From Corallochytrium limacisporum Hawaii (taxonomy: Eukaryota; Protista; Pluriformea): 64,000 nt of DNA. Location of the stretch: contig PDIP01000122.1 of the NCBI GenBank assembly GCA_002811645.1, positions 96,098 to 160,097 of the forward strand, given 5' to 3'. The position numbers were made by a program, and so were the translations under genes. The notes beneath the pieces were generated by a model, which saw nothing but the letters and a program-made list of their open reading frames with translations, was not told the DNA's origin and ran no database searches. Below, in pieces: positions 63,701 to 64,000 of the stretch (positions are counted from its first letter, which is position 1; the number at the start of each line of letters is the position of its first letter).

Positions 63701-64000
63701 GGTCGGTCTCCCCCCCTGCGAGAGTCGCTTTGTGATAAAGCCGAATGCGGACCTCGAACGGCACCAGAAGTGCAATATTCGTGTTTCTTTAGTGAGTGAG
63801 CTGGAGCCGTTCCTGAGCTTCACCTTGCATCCACAAGACTCAAACGATCCGGTTTCAGAGGTTTTGCTCGAGAATGGTGAGCAGCTTGGACTGCGGGCTC
63901 TGTTAAGATCGCGAGAGGACAACTTGATTCCTATCGACCTTCTTGCAAGTATGCTCGAAGAAGAAGATCAAGAACGCGGCATTCGAATCGCGGAGATCCA
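57717..64000 (+). CDS. Giant (>2090 aa, 3'-truncated) protein with repeated ASH/MSP-like Ig domains (HYDIN-like architecture)
   Basis: In-frame stop at 57681, ATG at 57717. Spot-checked translation stays in one frame to the edge, with repeated LNFGDCY, VHLGDL, LSFGRV, INFGSM, LDFGTL, LDYGAV starts. Absent from the ORF track, consistent with no stop in the window. Confidence 0.85.
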   Translation, partial: MPGTPLEMACFEKPTWSLSETDEFLVELGSDNGASVVRTVKVFNPNAFDVRVILTSTFRAHGLTIQFDNENLQTDLDAIEEGSQINELFNLVNNTDSFLLTPFETRRLVLCFNPRAIASADDRDRAKSDRMTTATGHPISLESDEVFYHVREIKGQLRVTYELAEDGNGPADNGQKPSSKKMDTAFSIRCTMCRCVLAIDSSNVDLVFDPAFAGKTYVKDIQLYNRSEMVVPFSINLNGLLTAAFTMQLTDYDNGMPLSRGKLAPFGMRRLRFSFCPKRSGQFFGKINIENEVDASNIEHINFRAVVHQQGRNDMISVKEASVLNFGDCYTGVASDQKITLQNNTRLPVDVSFKSLGVKGLDFLLPIEESNPTTRDTLGGEEHAHAMDPRVSNAGAGAGGSEKVYSVTIAPLQEREIIVRFRPVEGDTPENARTIKKRLMRFRVELNSTSTATVGMTERRTLQCRAQVCTSMVELSHSEVHLGDLNIGTIYTHVVDVANLSELPTKVEVLLRSKVVNCPKEVLYLGPLEKVSVRLQICPRRVNPDYRKEVIFANMFNRSNDQVLDLRSNNVDEKGVSLHSLFYNLVTPSARSYLSFGRVVSGFPSIRSFTLRNVTKSTLELRLTTDEDSSMKLFVLQERNAELLEIPSAASVLPPESPLLTAAKRSASHAEYLDLAQDGPTPLSLDTVTQRLDQSATKGLRPPRKDGEKNGEDDSFGSPAKVMPPAPIDEAKKLKDTLRGSFEISNLLKTKDDDTTLHSDKQRAMLEKVEGFSRNFNTLLATNALMPVDRVSIPSQSSCEIVAVYVGNSHAVASQSRSVARHDEERIHIEVTQYDAGLLKSEKLQGITGLASLTTIGSLPVRDLVVKLNICKSAIDIRQKNINFGSMSREDKRNKVLLIYNPTDVPLFYNIMKSGKIFSDDLHIGHHQKGIVAPYSSRKVEFLFKPTLPGRFEDVLLVQNLMNPNSIETVHLKAVIWKPPNFFIDHLLLDFGTLSFPESVFGSDGHPIKATRVLRIANISQKPRTFVVEFSQVAGTPGLPFSITLTQKETEVMTLTKEGEEEIEKLEQKLKIAKRKGQKEKAEKIEATLQKLKEGYQQGPIDNGTAEESVQDVSISMKNEQGEREKTMKQTEHRVVFTLQPRIVQVVEVEIQIVHVRRPSKTTPSRITSLGEYDEIASSIHVYEMRNYDAAKAVKCRFHLHHPFVSSTLSAATLRPSSAKRGHHNKASADVEAPNMSPLQRGSYRSSRSRKRQSDQQQSVAAQELYAISNISLKPVALSLGVIKAFEPVEQVVEFLNAGDMLQKFQYDGIEEREVADLVIATMTPAVVQIDGKSKAKATLRITAKREGPQDVKLTFRRDDGQRIMLPLQFTAESSRWVVIGKTDTATNLDTLDYGAVPLLMPNFESKPLGIVIRNNYSRDLVVRLGTNLSKQAAFFADARCEKQCTMYTIPCECCIKVFLRLSGGRTSGDGQMLFTEGRELVGGLRVELWALENSGDDPVQLVQSRNAIGEQSVKFKATIGVTVLSVRQHFLALGETQSLDTVFNGQITLANGSRHMPVNYIIEGPRELTTSTKAGQIVPGGTERVDLTIESYRNGLWEKDIVVRNAIDSANTEKVTARFFVDTGAVQTVVWEGDSVANVLSFRGIYLAERHPIPFPAAHNDSAVEEAIEPGIKDPITMGHPDSVGGNMYVANPEAATSSDAKIEVVNLTAEKMSYRIWANLSVSLAGYFGAEEEAKTFSILHSGVSDTERYSPCTDTFALEPRSSLRLAVRSVFPNLSESALMVIMGGKIQMDRGAIIIEALEGTGTFYTTGEPDLQYRNVVGITDLNLSYSISLAHMATEYVDLGSIATAQHDVTCTFDFEIANDGELPLVYTLSSGSDDTVSLRADVDQQSTSMAMHSWLGESPDASIAGGEPLTMFKVPPNRLQVVCGQVVIPRDLSIGHHCVFLRLHDLNNPASRLELPIHFERIKFGADFQGLDKEGCIALPEYSYPPLVGLPPCESRFVIKPNADLERHQKCNIRVSLVSELEPFLSFTLHPQDSNDPVSEVLLENGEQLGLRALLRSREDNLIPIDLLASMLEEEDQERGIRIAEI

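Noticed and set aside
58157-63922. Many short listed ORFs at the right end
   Set aside because: Shadows of the single long plus-strand ORF starting at 57717.
1-64000. CRISPR arrays, rRNA, transposases, LTR/TIR elements, prokaryotic defence systems
   Set aside because: No repeat-spacer arrays, rRNA motifs or mobile-element ORFs seen; the sequence is eukaryotic nuclear DNA.

Overview
Compact eukaryotic nuclear DNA with about 24 protein genes, all apparently intronless (including a 6.5-kb myosin and a >6.2-kb ORF). Two genes are missed by the ORF track because they run off the edges: a mitochondrial-presequence protein (146->1, minus strand) and a giant ASH/Ig-repeat protein (57717->end, plus strand). 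A myosin-VII-type motor, a lanosterol-type cyclase and a retained 6mA MTA1c/AMT1 subunit point to an intron-poor unicellular holozoan (Corallochytrium-like; inference). Most genes are housekeeping: XRCC3, TMEM64-like, MsrB, POLR3C, ABCB10, MBOAT7, RagA, UTP18, LSS, STAG/SCC3, CDC37, SLC35B1, COG5, TRAPPC1. Top leads: (1) a p1/AMTP1 DNA-6mA methyltransferase subunit with an added PCNA PIP-box-like motif and a C-terminal UIM, plus an E2F site upstream, suggesting replication- or ubiquitin-coupled 6mA maintenance; (2) TRAPPC1 and COG5 in tandem only 29 nt apart, a candidate bicistronic Golgi-tether unit; (3) a cytosolic RING+PA14 candidate lectin E3 ligase; (4) a structured ~200-nt ncRNA candidate; (5) an Atg29-like microprotein, a tandem EXD exonuclease and a bacterial-type YdcZ transporter. 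No rRNA, convincing tRNA, CRISPR array or transposon was seen. All homology calls are by-eye recognition, not database searches.
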